Virus record (IMG/VR): IMGVR_UViG_3300033273_000658
Coordinates: 32,001 to 96,000 of that record
DNA: 64,000 nt
Source of the DNA: a virus
Direction: 5' to 3' (one strand)
In this document: one piece after another, positions 1 to 10,092 of the stretch
Layout of the letters: each line of letters starts with the position of its first letter
Numbering within the stretch: the first letter of the stretch is position 1
Position numbers and translations under genes: made by a program
Notes under the pieces: model-generated
Seen by the model: the letters and a program-made list of their open reading frames with translations, nothing else
Database searches by the model: none
Told to the model about the DNA's origin: nothing

Positions 1-1
1 G

Positions 2-229
2 GTCCGTGGAAAGTTTGGTGGAAACGTACCGATTCCTGGGGAGAATGTGAGCTTAAACGCGTCGGACTTGCTAAGTCAGGCTAAGGAAGAGCAACAAGCA
101 TTAAGAGATGAATTGAAGACAATACTTGACGAATTAACGTATCCAAAGCTTCTTGAGTCGGATAAAGGGATGGTTGATAATGCAAAAGCTATTGTTGCCG
201 AGTCTCCATTGAAGATTTTTGTAGGGTAA
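2..229 (+). CDS. Neck protein, T4 gp13-like (C-terminal part; 5' end lies outside the window)
   Basis: Frame is open from base 2 (VRGKFGGNVPIPGENVSLNASDLLSQAKEE), which resembles the gp13 C-terminal KFgg..PG..LN motif. It sits upstream of gp14/gp15/sheath-like genes. Confidence 0.6.
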   Translation, partial: VRGKFGGNVPIPGENVSLNASDLLSQAKEEQQALRDELKTILDELTYPKLLESDKGMVDNAKAIVAESPLKIFVG

Positions 230-233
230 ATAA

Positions 234-728
234 ATGTCAGAAGATAATAAATGGAAAAAACCCTCAGCCCCTCCTCCTCCAATGTTCTTTGGAGAGAAAG
301 AGCGTGATCTTGTAAAACAAGTGAATGATGAGATTATCGAAAGAGTTATTGGCCAACAAGTTCTTTACTTTCCGATTGACATTGAGACAACAAATTATCA
401 TCCTCTATATGGCGAAGCAATTGAGAAAACGTTCCTGCCTCCAATTAGAGTTCATGCTTTGGTTGAGTTTCAAGGCATTGAATCGTCTTTCATGGAAAAC
501 GTTGCAATTGACAAAGCAACAAAAATAAAAATAAACTTCCACAAAAGACGTTTAACAGAAGATCAAGATTTGTTTGTTAAAGATGGAGACTTTGTTAAGT
601 ATGGTGATGTGTTCTATGAAATTGTAAAACTAATGGAACCAAAATTATTATTTGGACAAGTTGAACATAGATTCGAAATACAAGCAGAATGCATAAGAGC
701 AAGAGACGGAGTATTCAATGCCCAATAA
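234..728 (+). CDS. Neck/head-closure protein, T4 gp14-like
   Basis: HPLYGE and GDFVKYGDVFYEI motifs; synteny. Confidence 0.55.
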   Translation: MSEDNKWKKPSAPPPPMFFGEKERDLVKQVNDEIIERVIGQQVLYFPIDIETTNYHPLYGEAIEKTFLPPIRVHALVEFQGIESSFMENVAIDKATKIKINFHKRRLTEDQDLFVKDGDFVKYGDVFYEIVKLMEPKLLFGQVEHRFEIQAECIRARDGVFNAQ

Positions 729-1551
729 AGTACAAACACTAGAGCCATCAACAATTGAAACAATAGATCTCGGTATCTACAAATACGTAGATGAAGTATT
801 GGACTTGCATACCAACACAAATTCTGGCTATAAAAAGGTACCATCTATTTGGCTGGGATCTGAGAGAACATTTCAAGTAAAAAACGATAAAGACATCAGA
901 GATTCCGTTGGCAAACTTAAATTACCACTTATAACTGTTAATCGTGATTCTATTGCAAAAGATCCGTCTTTTAAAGGCTCCTTCCAGGCTCATGTTTTTG
1001 AGCAGGGTGATTATAAAGGTGGAGCTATAACAAGAGTTAGACGTATTCAACAAAAGAAAACAAGAAATTTTAAAAACGCTGATGTGGCTAGAGATTCAAA
1101 AAATGCAAATGACACCGGTAAATTTGATAGTAGCAAAGTTGTATACGAGTTCTTAACAAGCCCTATACCAACCTATGTCACTGTAATGTATACAATAACC
1201 TTGAGAACTGAGTATCAACAACAAATGAACGATTTAATGACACCTTTCATAACAAGAACCGGTCAATTGAATTCTTTTATCTTTGAACAAGACGGACATA
1301 AGTATGAGGCTTTTATCGAATCAAACCTTGCAGAAAACAAAAATACAACATCTCTTAATGAAGATGAGAGAATGTTTGAGACAAAAATAGTCATAAAAGT
1401 TCTTGGTTATTTAATTGGAGATGGAGATAATAGAGATAAACCACAAATAACAGTTAGAGAGAATGTTGTTGAAGTGAAGATCTCTAGAGAGCGTGTAATC
1501 GTTGGCGACAAGACTCCATGGAAAAAGAAAGACAAAGACTATCGAGAATAG
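718..1551 (+). CDS. Tail terminator/sheath stabiliser, T4 gp15-like
   Basis: VPSIW..SER, KLKLPLITVNR and PTYVTVMYTITL motifs; lies directly before the sheath gene. Confidence 0.55.
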   Translation: MPNKVQTLEPSTIETIDLGIYKYVDEVLDLHTNTNSGYKKVPSIWLGSERTFQVKNDKDIRDSVGKLKLPLITVNRDSIAKDPSFKGSFQAHVFEQGDYKGGAITRVRRIQQKKTRNFKNADVARDSKNANDTGKFDSSKVVYEFLTSPIPTYVTVMYTITLRTEYQQQMNDLMTPFITRTGQLNSFIFEQDGHKYEAFIESNLAENKNTTSLNEDERMFETKIVIKVLGYLIGDGDNRDKPQITVRENVVEVKISRERVIVGDKTPWKKKDKDYRE

Positions 1552-1571
1552 TTCGTTTGGTAATAAACTAC

Positions 1572-1580
1572 ACTATTTAT
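1572..1580 (+). promoter_or_regulatory. Putative late promoter ACTATTTAT. The (A/T)CTAnTTA motif recurs at 4446, 6647, 26926, 28664, 32991, 33901, 42837, 43195, 47141 and 49145.
   Basis: Motif recurs just upstream of the RBS or start of structural and lysis-type genes and has no -35 box. Confidence 0.6.
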
Positions 1581-1610
1581 AAAGAATAATAGTTTTAAGG
1601 AGAATTTTTA

Positions 1611-4445
1611 ATGCCTAGTAAATTTGATTTTGTATCACCTGACATCCTTCTGCGTGAAGTTGACATGAGTGAACTACCACCAGATCCACCCAATGAAGGT
1701 GCTCTGATTATAGGTCAAGCCGTAAAAGGTCCGGCTATGAAGCCAATTAAGATAAATAACATTTCTGATCTTGAATCAGTATTTGGTTCACCATACCAAG
1801 GATCTCCAAAGGGAGACATCTACAGAAATGGTAATACTGCAAATCCAACTTACGGTATGTTTGCTGCACAAGCTTGGCTTGCTTCGAATACATCACCTGT
1901 AACATTTGTAAGATTGGCTGGTGAAGAAACTGGTTCTGGCTATACCGTTGCTAAGGCCGGATGGAATCTTGGTGGCGTTTCAGCTTCACTTAATGACCAA
2001 GCGGATGTGAAATTGGCTTATGGTCTCTGGATGGTTCCAAGTTCTAGTGGAGATGCTAGTGGAACTCTAGCTGCTATTTTCTATACAAATGGTGCAGCAA
2101 TGACGCTCTCCGGAACAATTGCTGGAACATCTACTGCAACTTCCTCACTCGGAACAATGATTGAATCTGTGGGTGCAGATGGTGGGTTTATTGTTGATGT
2201 TGATGACGGTACCTCCGTAGAGCAACTTAAATTTAACATGATACCAGGTGCCTCTTCTTTCATTAGAAAAGCTTGCAACACAGATCCGCACAAAGTTATT
2301 TCAGGACAAAAAGCTGAAACCAAAAAATACTTCCTAGGTGAATCTTTTGAGACAGAAATCAGTGATTTAGTTCTTGATACTTCTTCTTCTGCTGGTGACG
2401 TATACGGTATGCTACTGCCTTTAGCTAAAGAAGATACCCCAGCAAGTAGCTGGCTTGATCACACTCGTGCTGTAACTGCTGCTAGGACAGGGTGGTTCAT
2501 TGCTAATGATCCAACACCAACTGTTAACACTAGCTCTTTTGATGCAGCTAACATGAAAAAGCTTTTTAGACTTCATTCTTTAATTGAAGGAGAAGATTTT
2601 CAAAAACAATATTGTACAAGAATCATAATTCAATCTCTTGGTACTACAACAAAACCTTACACTACTTTCACAGTTCAAGTTTTCGACATGCATGCTAAAA
2701 CATATGTTGAGCAGTTTTCTTGTGACTTGAATCCAAATAGCGAAGACTACATAGCTAAAAAGATTGGAGACCAGCAAGTAACTTGGAACTCTACAAAACA
2801 AAAGTTTATCACTAGTGGAGAATTCCCAAATAACTCTAGCTACATTAGAGTAGAAATGTCCGGTGAAGATTATGCGGATGATGCTATTCCATTTGGATTT
2901 TATGGACCTTCTCGTCCAAAATCATGGGCTGTGGCTGGTCATGCTACAACATCATCAATTCCTGCCGCTTTGCAAGAAGGTGCTGATGCAACTTATGTTG
3001 CGAAAGGTGATGATGGTTACGTTTACGGTGGACACGATGGGCCTGGTTGGGCTGATTATCGTGTAACTGCGACGGCTTCATTTACTTGGCCAACATTGCA
3101 GTTGACAGACAATAATTCTAGCTCAACTTTCAGAAAACATAGCTTCTTTGGATTTAGAAGCTTTGCAAATGATAGTTCTTTTAGTGGTGTTAGTTCTGTA
3201 TACGGTCATGACTCTGTTGATTATGTTGACCTTTTGCGAGCTCTTCCAGATAGTCAAGAAATAGATGCAACTGGTGATTACACTGAAACTGCATTTATCT
3301 TTACACTAGATGACTTGCGTAAAGATGCTAATGAAGATAATAAATACTATTATGAATCCGGCTCACACGCTGCAGGTAATTCATACACCGGTACAAATGG
3401 AGTATCCTCTTTAATTGAAACTGAGGGTGTTAATAAGATTATTGCTCCTTTCATGGGCGGATTTGATGGTGTTGACATCACTTATGTTGATCCTTTCTCA
3501 TCAGATCGCGTTTTAGGTGCCGGCGGAACTAAAAATGATCACTATGCTGTTGCGGCAGTAGATAAGGCTCTTGATTTTATCTCAGATTCTGAACTAGTTC
3601 AATACGATGTTGTGGCTATGCCGGGAATCACCAAGACTTCATTGGTGGATACTCTTGCTGGTAACACAGAAGAACGCGGAGATGCCCTAGCTATTCTTGA
3701 CATTGAGTCTGGCTTCCAAAGCGAACTTGAATACGACTCTTCAAATAATGGATCGGTTTCAACTGTAATTACGAATACTAAGAATCACAATTTCAATACA
3801 AGCTATTGTGCAACTTATTATCCAGAAATTAAAGTTAGAGTAGCGAATGGCTCAACTATCACAATGCCGTCTTCTGTAGCTGGTATTGGAGCTATCGCAC
3901 AATCTGAGGCTGCTTCTGGTGCACCATGGTTTGCTCCTGCGGGATTCAATCGTGGTGGAATTGGAACACTTGGCGGACCTCTTGGGCCAAAAGTCATGAG
4001 AGCCGCTGAAACTCTTTCAAAATCTGAGAGAGACAGCCTGTACTCTGCAAACATCAATCCAATTGCAAACTTCCCAGGTGAAGGACCAGTTGTATTCGGA
4101 CAAAAAACTCTTCAACAGACAGCATCTGCTTTGGATAGAATCAATGTTCGTCGCTTGATGATTTATCTTAAGAAAAATGTTGGTCAAGTTGCTCGCACAA
4201 TCTTGTTTGATAACAATGTTCAAGCCACATGGAATCGTTTCAAAGCAGGAGCAAATCCAATTTTGGCAGATGCAAAAGCTAGATTCGGTCTTGCAGATTA
4301 CAAATTGGTTCTTGATGAGACAACAACAACACCTGATTTGGTTGACAGAAACATCATGTATGCCAAGGTATTTATTAAGCCAGCATATGCAATTGAATTC
4401 ATTGCAATCGATTTCAACATCACACGCTCCGGAATTGAGTTCTAA
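1611..4445 (+). CDS. Contractile tail sheath protein (gp18-like)
   Basis: N-terminal FVSPDILLREVD; C-terminal PWFAPAGFNRG, GQKTLQ..SALDRINVRRL and FIKPAYAIEFIAIDF. Confidence 0.95.
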   Translation: MPSKFDFVSPDILLREVDMSELPPDPPNEGALIIGQAVKGPAMKPIKINNISDLESVFGSPYQGSPKGDIYRNGNTANPTYGMFAAQAWLASNTSPVTFVRLAGEETGSGYTVAKAGWNLGGVSASLNDQADVKLAYGLWMVPSSSGDASGTLAAIFYTNGAAMTLSGTIAGTSTATSSLGTMIESVGADGGFIVDVDDGTSVEQLKFNMIPGASSFIRKACNTDPHKVISGQKAETKKYFLGESFETEISDLVLDTSSSAGDVYGMLLPLAKEDTPASSWLDHTRAVTAARTGWFIANDPTPTVNTSSFDAANMKKLFRLHSLIEGEDFQKQYCTRIIIQSLGTTTKPYTTFTVQVFDMHAKTYVEQFSCDLNPNSEDYIAKKIGDQQVTWNSTKQKFITSGEFPNNSSYIRVEMSGEDYADDAIPFGFYGPSRPKSWAVAGHATTSSIPAALQEGADATYVAKGDDGYVYGGHDGPGWADYRVTATASFTWPTLQLTDNNSSSTFRKHSFFGFRSFANDSSFSGVSSVYGHDSVDYVDLLRALPDSQEIDATGDYTETAFIFTLDDLRKDANEDNKYYYESGSHAAGNSYTGTNGVSSLIETEGVNKIIAPFMGGFDGVDITYVDPFSSDRVLGAGGTKNDHYAVAAVDKALDFISDSELVQYDVVAMPGITKTSLVDTLAGNTEERGDALAILDIESGFQSELEYDSSNNGSVSTVITNTKNHNFNTSYCATYYPEIKVRVANGSTITMPSSVAGIGAIAQSEAASGAPWFAPAGFNRGGIGTLGGPLGPKVMRAAETLSKSERDSLYSANINPIANFPGEGPVVFGQKTLQQTASALDRINVRRLMIYLKKNVGQVARTILFDNNVQATWNRFKAGANPILADAKARFGLADYKLVLDETTTTPDLVDRNIMYAKVFIKPAYAIEFIAIDFNITRSGIEF

Positions 4446-4479
4446 ACTATTTACTGTATACTAATAGGAGATTTATACA

Positions 4480-5025
4480 ATGGCATTTTGGTCAACAAAC
4501 GATGTAGAACCTAAAAGAAATTTTAGATTTCAAGTTCAAATAACAGGACTTTCTGATTTGGGAGCTCCCACCGATATTCTTTGGTGGGCCAAAACCGTGA
4601 CGACTCCTTCATTTGATGTTTCAGAAGTAGAACATAATTACTTGGATAACAAGTTTTATTTTCCTGGTCGTGTATCATGGAATGAAGTTAGCTTAACTTT
4701 AGTTGATCCAATTTCTGTAGATGCTGTCCAGTTGACTAATAAGCTTCTAGAAAAATCTGGCTATGTTGTTAAAGCAAATGAGTTCAGTCTAGAAACAATG
4801 TCCAAAGTGAAAGCTACTGCTACTGCTATAAAAGGGATGAAAATAACAATTATGGATGCAGAAGGATTTCCCATTGAAGAATGGACTCTAAACAATGTCT
4901 TTATAAAATCAGCAAAATATGGTGATTTGGATTATAGTAATGACGATTTAAGGACTGTGGAGATGACTGTCCGTTACGATTGGGCAACATGCGAAAATAA
5001 CGATACTCAATTTGAACCACAATAG
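4480..5025 (+). CDS. Tail tube protein 1 (gp19-like)
   Basis: EPKRNFRF, FPGRVSWNEVSLT, EEWTL and YGDLDYS...RYDWA. Confidence 0.9.
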   Translation: MAFWSTNDVEPKRNFRFQVQITGLSDLGAPTDILWWAKTVTTPSFDVSEVEHNYLDNKFYFPGRVSWNEVSLTLVDPISVDAVQLTNKLLEKSGYVVKANEFSLETMSKVKATATAIKGMKITIMDAEGFPIEEWTLNNVFIKSAKYGDLDYSNDDLRTVEMTVRYDWATCENNDTQFEPQ

Positions 5026-5033
5026 GAGCATAA

Positions 5034-5579
5034 ATGGCTTTCTGGTCAACAAATACAATTGAACCTTTAAGAAAATTTAGGTTCCAAGTGACACTCGGAG
5101 AAGTGCTTTACCATGCAAAAACCGCAGGTAAGCCTTCTTTTGATGTATCACAATCAGAGTATCAATTAATAAACCATAAAATAAAGTATCCGGGAATAGC
5201 TACATGGAACGACATTGAAGTAACAATTGTTGATTCTGTTGACAAAAAGTTTGGTGTTTCTTATTATAATAAACTTTTAGAATCAGGCTACAGTTTCGAA
5301 GGAAACAAAGATGGCATAAAAAAACAACAGTATAATGATGGAGACATTATCATAACACAGATAGATGCGGCTGGAAATCCACACGAAGAGTGGACATTAA
5401 AAAACGCATTTATAAAATCAGTAAAATTTGGAGATCTAGATTATTCTTCAGATGATTTGATGGAAATAACAATTACAATTGCTTATGATAGCGCAGAACT
5501 AGTAGATAAAGCCGGTGAACGAGAAGCCGGATTAAAAAAAGCTAAAGACGTCAATAATGGAACAGGTGACATATTTTAA
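5034..5579 (+). CDS. Tail tube protein 2 (gp19-like paralogue)
   Basis: Same MAFWSTN start plus EEWTL..AFIKSVKFGDLDYS..AYD motifs. Confidence 0.85.
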   Translation: MAFWSTNTIEPLRKFRFQVTLGEVLYHAKTAGKPSFDVSQSEYQLINHKIKYPGIATWNDIEVTIVDSVDKKFGVSYYNKLLESGYSFEGNKDGIKKQQYNDGDIIITQIDAAGNPHEEWTLKNAFIKSVKFGDLDYSSDDLMEITITIAYDSAELVDKAGEREAGLKKAKDVNNGTGDIF

Positions 5580-5592
5580 CAAAGAGGTATAA

Positions 5593-6444
5593 ATGAGCAG
5601 AAATAAAGATAGACTTGGGGGACATACCCCAGAGCCAGCAGAGGCACCACAACAACCGGTAGAAAAAGCTTTTGACCCATTAAGCTTTGTTGCACCAACA
5701 GAATTCGTTGAACTACCATCAAAAGGAAATTATCCGGAGGATCATCCCCTTCACGGCAAAGATGTTCTAGAGATGAGATTCATGACAGCAAAGGAGGAAG
5801 ACATCCTTGCATCCCAGACTCTTCTCAAGAAAGGGTTGGCGATTGAAAGAATGTTGGATTCCCTTATTGTAGATAAGAGCATAAAAGCGATGGATCTTCT
5901 TGTGGGAGATAGAAATGCTTTGATTATTGCTGCTCGTATCTCAGGATACGGAGCAAACTATAAAACCCAAGTTGCTTGTCCATCATGCGGATCCAGATCA
6001 CATTTTGATTTTGATCTTACACAACAAAAAATTCATGAGTCACAAGAAAGCGAAGAACTTAATCTTAAGAAACTTCCAAACGGAAACTTTACAACAAAAA
6101 TGCCGTATTCAAAGTTTAACATTGAATTCAAATTGCTTGATGGAAAAGACGAAAGAATGTTGACAAAATTAACAACAGACAAAAAGAAAAGAAAAATGCC
6201 GGAGACAATGTTGACCGACCAATTTAAACAGATGATTGTATCAATTGAAGGACACAGCGATCGCTCAATTATAGGAAAATACGTTGATAACATGCCAACT
6301 TTAGACTCTACACAGCTCAAAGCGTGTTACAGGGTAGCCTCACCCGATGTAAAAGTTTCAAGCGATTTTGAGTGCAATTCTTGTGGATTTACGCAAGAAA
6401 TGGAGGTTCCGTTTAATACGGACTTTTTTTGGCCTAACCGATAA
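5593..6444 (+). CDS. Baseplate hub assembly/tail assembly chaperone (T4 gp26-like)
   Basis: VELPSKG, MTAKEEDIL, DLLVGDRNALIIAARISGYG, two CxxC motifs and C-terminal FFW. Confidence 0.8.
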   Translation: MSRNKDRLGGHTPEPAEAPQQPVEKAFDPLSFVAPTEFVELPSKGNYPEDHPLHGKDVLEMRFMTAKEEDILASQTLLKKGLAIERMLDSLIVDKSIKAMDLLVGDRNALIIAARISGYGANYKTQVACPSCGSRSHFDFDLTQQKIHESQESEELNLKKLPNGNFTTKMPYSKFNIEFKLLDGKDERMLTKLTTDKKKRKMPETMLTDQFKQMIVSIEGHSDRSIIGKYVDNMPTLDSTQLKACYRVASPDVKVSSDFECNSCGFTQEMEVPFNTDFFWPNR

Positions 6445-6619
6445 ATACTCCGAGGCTTTATACGAACAAATCTTTCTTATGAAGCATTTTGGAGGTTGGT
6501 CTTTCACAGAGATTTATAATCTTCCAATCGGACTTAGAAATTGGTTTTGCGAGAGAATGAGAAAGCAATTCGAAGATGAAAAGAAAGAAATGGAAAAAGC
6601 CTCAAAGAAAAGAAGATGA
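6422..6619 (+). CDS. Frameshift extension of the tail assembly chaperone (gpE'/G-T type)
   Basis: Overlapping +1 frame entered at the T7 run 6424-6430 encodes FFGLTDKY...GGWSFTEIYNLPIGLRNWF; no good independent RBS. Confidence 0.6.
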   Translation, partial: TFFGLTDKYSEALYEQIFLMKHFGGWSFTEIYNLPIGLRNWFCERMRKQFEDEKKEMEKASKKRR

Positions 6620-6640
6620 TGCCCTAACGGGCATTTTTTT
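6619..6640 (+). terminator. Rho-independent terminator
   Basis: ATGCCC-TAAC-GGGCAT followed by a T run. Confidence 0.75.
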
Positions 6641-6672
6641 ATGTAAACTATTTATGTTAAGGAGAACTTATA

Positions 6673-7032
6673 ATGCAAAAATTCGATCTAAACAAAGAGA
6701 AAGGTACTTTGAACGAGTCAATCAGCAGAAGCATAGCTAGCTGGACAAAGACACTTCTTAAATACATGTATGGGAAAGATGCACATCTTGTCGTTAATCT
6801 CAATGAAGAAGATGAAGAAGTTAATACTACGAGATTTGTTATCAAAGGCGAATTTAAAGACGTTAAATCATACGCAAAAGCTGTTGTTGCGATGAAAGAA
6901 TTTTTGGATGCTTATTTAGAGTTCGGAGATCCTCACCCACAAACAGCGAAGAAAAGAACAGAACTTAGAACACACGTTGCAAATTTCGAAAATACAACCG
7001 GTTTGACTTGGCCATTTAAAGACGAGGATTAA
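6673..7032 (+). CDS. Hypothetical virion-module protein
   Basis: 119 aa ORF with AGGAG RBS and late motif at 6647. Confidence 0.7.
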   Translation: MQKFDLNKEKGTLNESISRSIASWTKTLLKYMYGKDAHLVVNLNEEDEEVNTTRFVIKGEFKDVKSYAKAVVAMKEFLDAYLEFGDPHPQTAKKRTELRTHVANFENTTGLTWPFKDED

Positions 7033-7036
7033 ATGA

Positions 7037-9151
7037 ATGACAGATCAAGAAAAAATTGAGCAGTTAGAGAAAAAAGTTAAAGAATTGGAAAAGAAAGTCA
7101 AGACAGAAAAAGAAATAAGTAAGGCCGATAGAGTCGCTTTGGACAAACAAGAACTTGAAATCTTAATTTCTCAAAATAAAGTTTTGGGAGAAAAGAATAA
7201 CAAAATACAAAACGAAATAAAACTAAGAACACTTCTGGAACAACAAGCAGACGCAGCTTATCAATCTGAACAGGATCTTAGAGATCTTAGAGACGAAAAA
7301 GCAGCTGCTGTGAATCAAATGCTGAGTGACGAAAAGGAGGCAGAATTAGCCAGACTAGAAAGACTTGCCGCTGAAAAGGCAGCAAATGCAACTTTATTAG
7401 CTCAATTAAGACAAAATACTGCCGGTGTAGAAGAATATACAGAAGCACAAAAAAAGGCAAGAAAAGTATTTGATGATGGCTTTACAAGCATAGGTGAGAA
7501 GCTATTTCTAATCGATTCAGGAGCAAATGCATTTGTTAAGAAATTAACCGAGTTTGGTAAACTTGGAAAAGATAACGTTGATGTACTTGGTCAAAGCTTT
7601 GCTGATACTTTCAATGCAAAAACTCTTGCAATTGGTTTGCTAGCAAATGTAATTGAGAAGACTTTAGAGTTTTCCAGTGCTGTTGACAAGGCTTCTGCTG
7701 CATTTGCAGCAAATACGGGGGCTGGTAGAATTATGACAGCAGAGATTTCCGCTGTTGGTGGTTCATTCAGAAACCTTGGTATTGGAGCAGAAGATGCAGG
7801 AAAGGCAGCAGAAAGTTTGTTTAATGGTTTCACAGGGTTTATGCAACTATCTGGTACAGCGAGAAAAGATTTAATGAAAACTGTTGCTTCTTTGGAGAAA
7901 TTTGGTATCTCCGGAGAAAACGCATCCCAGGCATTGCAACTAATGACACACAACTTTGGAGAGTCCACTAGTGAAGCATCTAGAATGACAAAACAATTAG
8001 CCATAGCTGGTACAAAGATTGGAATCTCTGCTTCAAAGATGATGGATGGATTTGTTCAGGCCTCAAAATCTCTTGCTGTGTATGGTAAAGATTCAATTAA
8101 AGTGTTTACGGATCTTGCCGCACAAGCAAAAGCCGCAGGTGTTGAGGCTGCAACTTTGTTGGGTATAGCAGAAAAATTTGACACATTCTCAAGTGCCGCA
8201 GATGCTGCTGGTAAACTCAACTCTATCTTAGGTACGCAAATGTCGGCGGTTGAACTTTTAACAATGAAAGAGAACGAAAGAGTTGAAACATTAATACGTT
8301 CAATACAAGCACAAGGAAGAAATTTCAAGGACATGGATAGATTCTCTCAAAAAGCAATTGCAAATGCCGCTGGTATCACAGACATGGCTGAGGCGCAAAG
8401 AATTTTTAGTATGTCTGTGAATGATTACAGAAAAGGATTGAGAGAAAATGCTTCTCAAGAGGAATTTAATCAAAGACTGAAAGATGCTATGGATATTTTT
8501 AAAAAACTTGAGATGGCTGCTCAAAATTTTGCGATTCAGTTTTCTCCTGTTATTGACATGGTTGCTAGCGCTGTTCAAACATTCTTAGATTTCAGTCAAA
8601 GTATGAATGGGGTTCCTGTTATGATTCTTGGCATTGCTGCTGCTATTGGAGTATTACTTGTTTTAGCCCCGGCTATAATCAGTTTCTTCACAGTTGCCTT
8701 GCCTGCAATGTTTGCCGGGCTTACTGCCGGTGCTCCAATTCTTGGTACAATTGGAGCAATTATAGGTGGAGTTTTAGTTTATGCTTTGGCTTCTTTGGTA
8801 GCTACTATAGCAATGTTGAATTTAGAAAAACTTCAATCTTTAGCTACAATTTTTGGTGGATTAAGTCAAATGGGACAAGTCTCTGTTGCTGTTGATGCAA
8901 TTGACGATTTTACAGATTCCTTAGATGATAAATCGGCGACACTAAAACCAATCTTGGGTGATCTTGCTTTGATTGCAACAGGAAAAACAACGCAGAGTGT
9001 TACAACAAATACTGTTGGCTATAGTTTGAATACCTTTGCAGCAAAATTTGAAAACACATTTAAGCCCAATGTAACTGTCAAGATTGGAAATAAAGAAATA
9101 GAATCATTTATTGTTGATACAACAAACAAAGCAAACGTAAACCCTAATTGA
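7037..9151 (+). CDS. Tape measure-like protein
   Basis: Ala/Gly-rich helical coiled coil with hydrophobic C-terminal segments; follows the chaperone genes. Confidence 0.75.
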   Translation: MTDQEKIEQLEKKVKELEKKVKTEKEISKADRVALDKQELEILISQNKVLGEKNNKIQNEIKLRTLLEQQADAAYQSEQDLRDLRDEKAAAVNQMLSDEKEAELARLERLAAEKAANATLLAQLRQNTAGVEEYTEAQKKARKVFDDGFTSIGEKLFLIDSGANAFVKKLTEFGKLGKDNVDVLGQSFADTFNAKTLAIGLLANVIEKTLEFSSAVDKASAAFAANTGAGRIMTAEISAVGGSFRNLGIGAEDAGKAAESLFNGFTGFMQLSGTARKDLMKTVASLEKFGISGENASQALQLMTHNFGESTSEASRMTKQLAIAGTKIGISASKMMDGFVQASKSLAVYGKDSIKVFTDLAAQAKAAGVEAATLLGIAEKFDTFSSAADAAGKLNSILGTQMSAVELLTMKENERVETLIRSIQAQGRNFKDMDRFSQKAIANAAGITDMAEAQRIFSMSVNDYRKGLRENASQEEFNQRLKDAMDIFKKLEMAAQNFAIQFSPVIDMVASAVQTFLDFSQSMNGVPVMILGIAAAIGVLLVLAPAIISFFTVALPAMFAGLTAGAPILGTIGAIIGGVLVYALASLVATIAMLNLEKLQSLATIFGGLSQMGQVSVAVDAIDDFTDSLDDKSATLKPILGDLALIATGKTTQSVTTNTVGYSLNTFAAKFENTFKPNVTVKIGNKEIESFIVDTTNKANVNPN

Positions 9152-9161
9152 GGAGAATAAA

Positions 9162-9758
9162 ATGGCAGCACCAAAAATCAATATTTCCGACGTAACTTCT
9201 GTTAATCAATATGTTAGTAACACAGGAGCTATACTCACAATAAAAAGTGTTGTGTCTAAAAAACGACCAGCAGTAAAATTTGCTGCTTTTTTAACAGATT
9301 TTTCTCAAACATTTGATGCAACATGGAACACAGAAGAGGTTTTTGGAAGAATGGATCCCATCGCAACTTATCAGGGCACAAAAAGAACAATGTCATTAGG
9401 GTTCGATGTTCCAGCTGGATCTTTAGAGCGCGCAAAAAATAACCTAGATCAGACAGAGGGTCTTGTCAAAATGGTTTACCCTGTCTATAGTAACATTGGG
9501 GGCAATAAAATTCTTTCCAAACCTCCTTTGGTTAGAATAAAATTTGCAAATCTAATAACAGGTATTAAAGACCCCGCAGCATTAGGGTGGATTAGTGGCT
9601 TAAATTGGAGTCCTGATTTAGAAATGGGGATGTTTACTGAAAAACAGAAATTTTACCCAAAAACAATAAAAATTTCATTTAATTTTAATGTTCTTCATGA
9701 AACAACATTAGACCAAAGCGCTATGAAAGAACTAACCTCATGGCCATTCGGAGTATAA
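9162..9758 (+). CDS. Baseplate tail-tube initiator-like protein
   Basis: W..EEVFGRMDPIATYQGTKRT and PPLVRIKFANLI; position after the tape measure. Confidence 0.55.
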   Translation: MAAPKINISDVTSVNQYVSNTGAILTIKSVVSKKRPAVKFAAFLTDFSQTFDATWNTEEVFGRMDPIATYQGTKRTMSLGFDVPAGSLERAKNNLDQTEGLVKMVYPVYSNIGGNKILSKPPLVRIKFANLITGIKDPAALGWISGLNWSPDLEMGMFTEKQKFYPKTIKISFNFNVLHETTLDQSAMKELTSWPFGV

Positions 9759-9759
9759 A

Positions 9760-10092
9760 ATGTCAAGATACATAGATAGATCAAAAGCAGTTAATGATAA
9801 AGAACAATATGATAAATTGTTTGAAAAAAGAGGTGTGAAAAAAGTCATACAATATAGATCACCTTTTGCTAACTTCACAACAGAAGAAGAAAAAGCAAAA
9901 ATTGATTGTCACCAAATTGTTTGGAAATACGGAATGTCTTATGAATCCTTGGCATCCGAGTATTATGGTGATTTTAGACAGTGGTGGGTAATTGCAAGTT
10001 TCAATAATAAACCAACAGAGAGCCATGTTCAATTGGGCGATACAATAAAAATTCCAAAAGACATTTCTGAGGCTCTTGAGGTGGTGTCGTAA
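9760..10092 (+). CDS. Baseplate wedge/LysM-like protein (gp53-like)
   Basis: LASEYYGD..WWVIA.FN...GDTIKIP. Confidence 0.7.
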   Translation: MSRYIDRSKAVNDKEQYDKLFEKRGVKKVIQYRSPFANFTTEEEKAKIDCHQIVWKYGMSYESLASEYYGDFRQWWVIASFNNKPTESHVQLGDTIKIPKDISEALEVVS

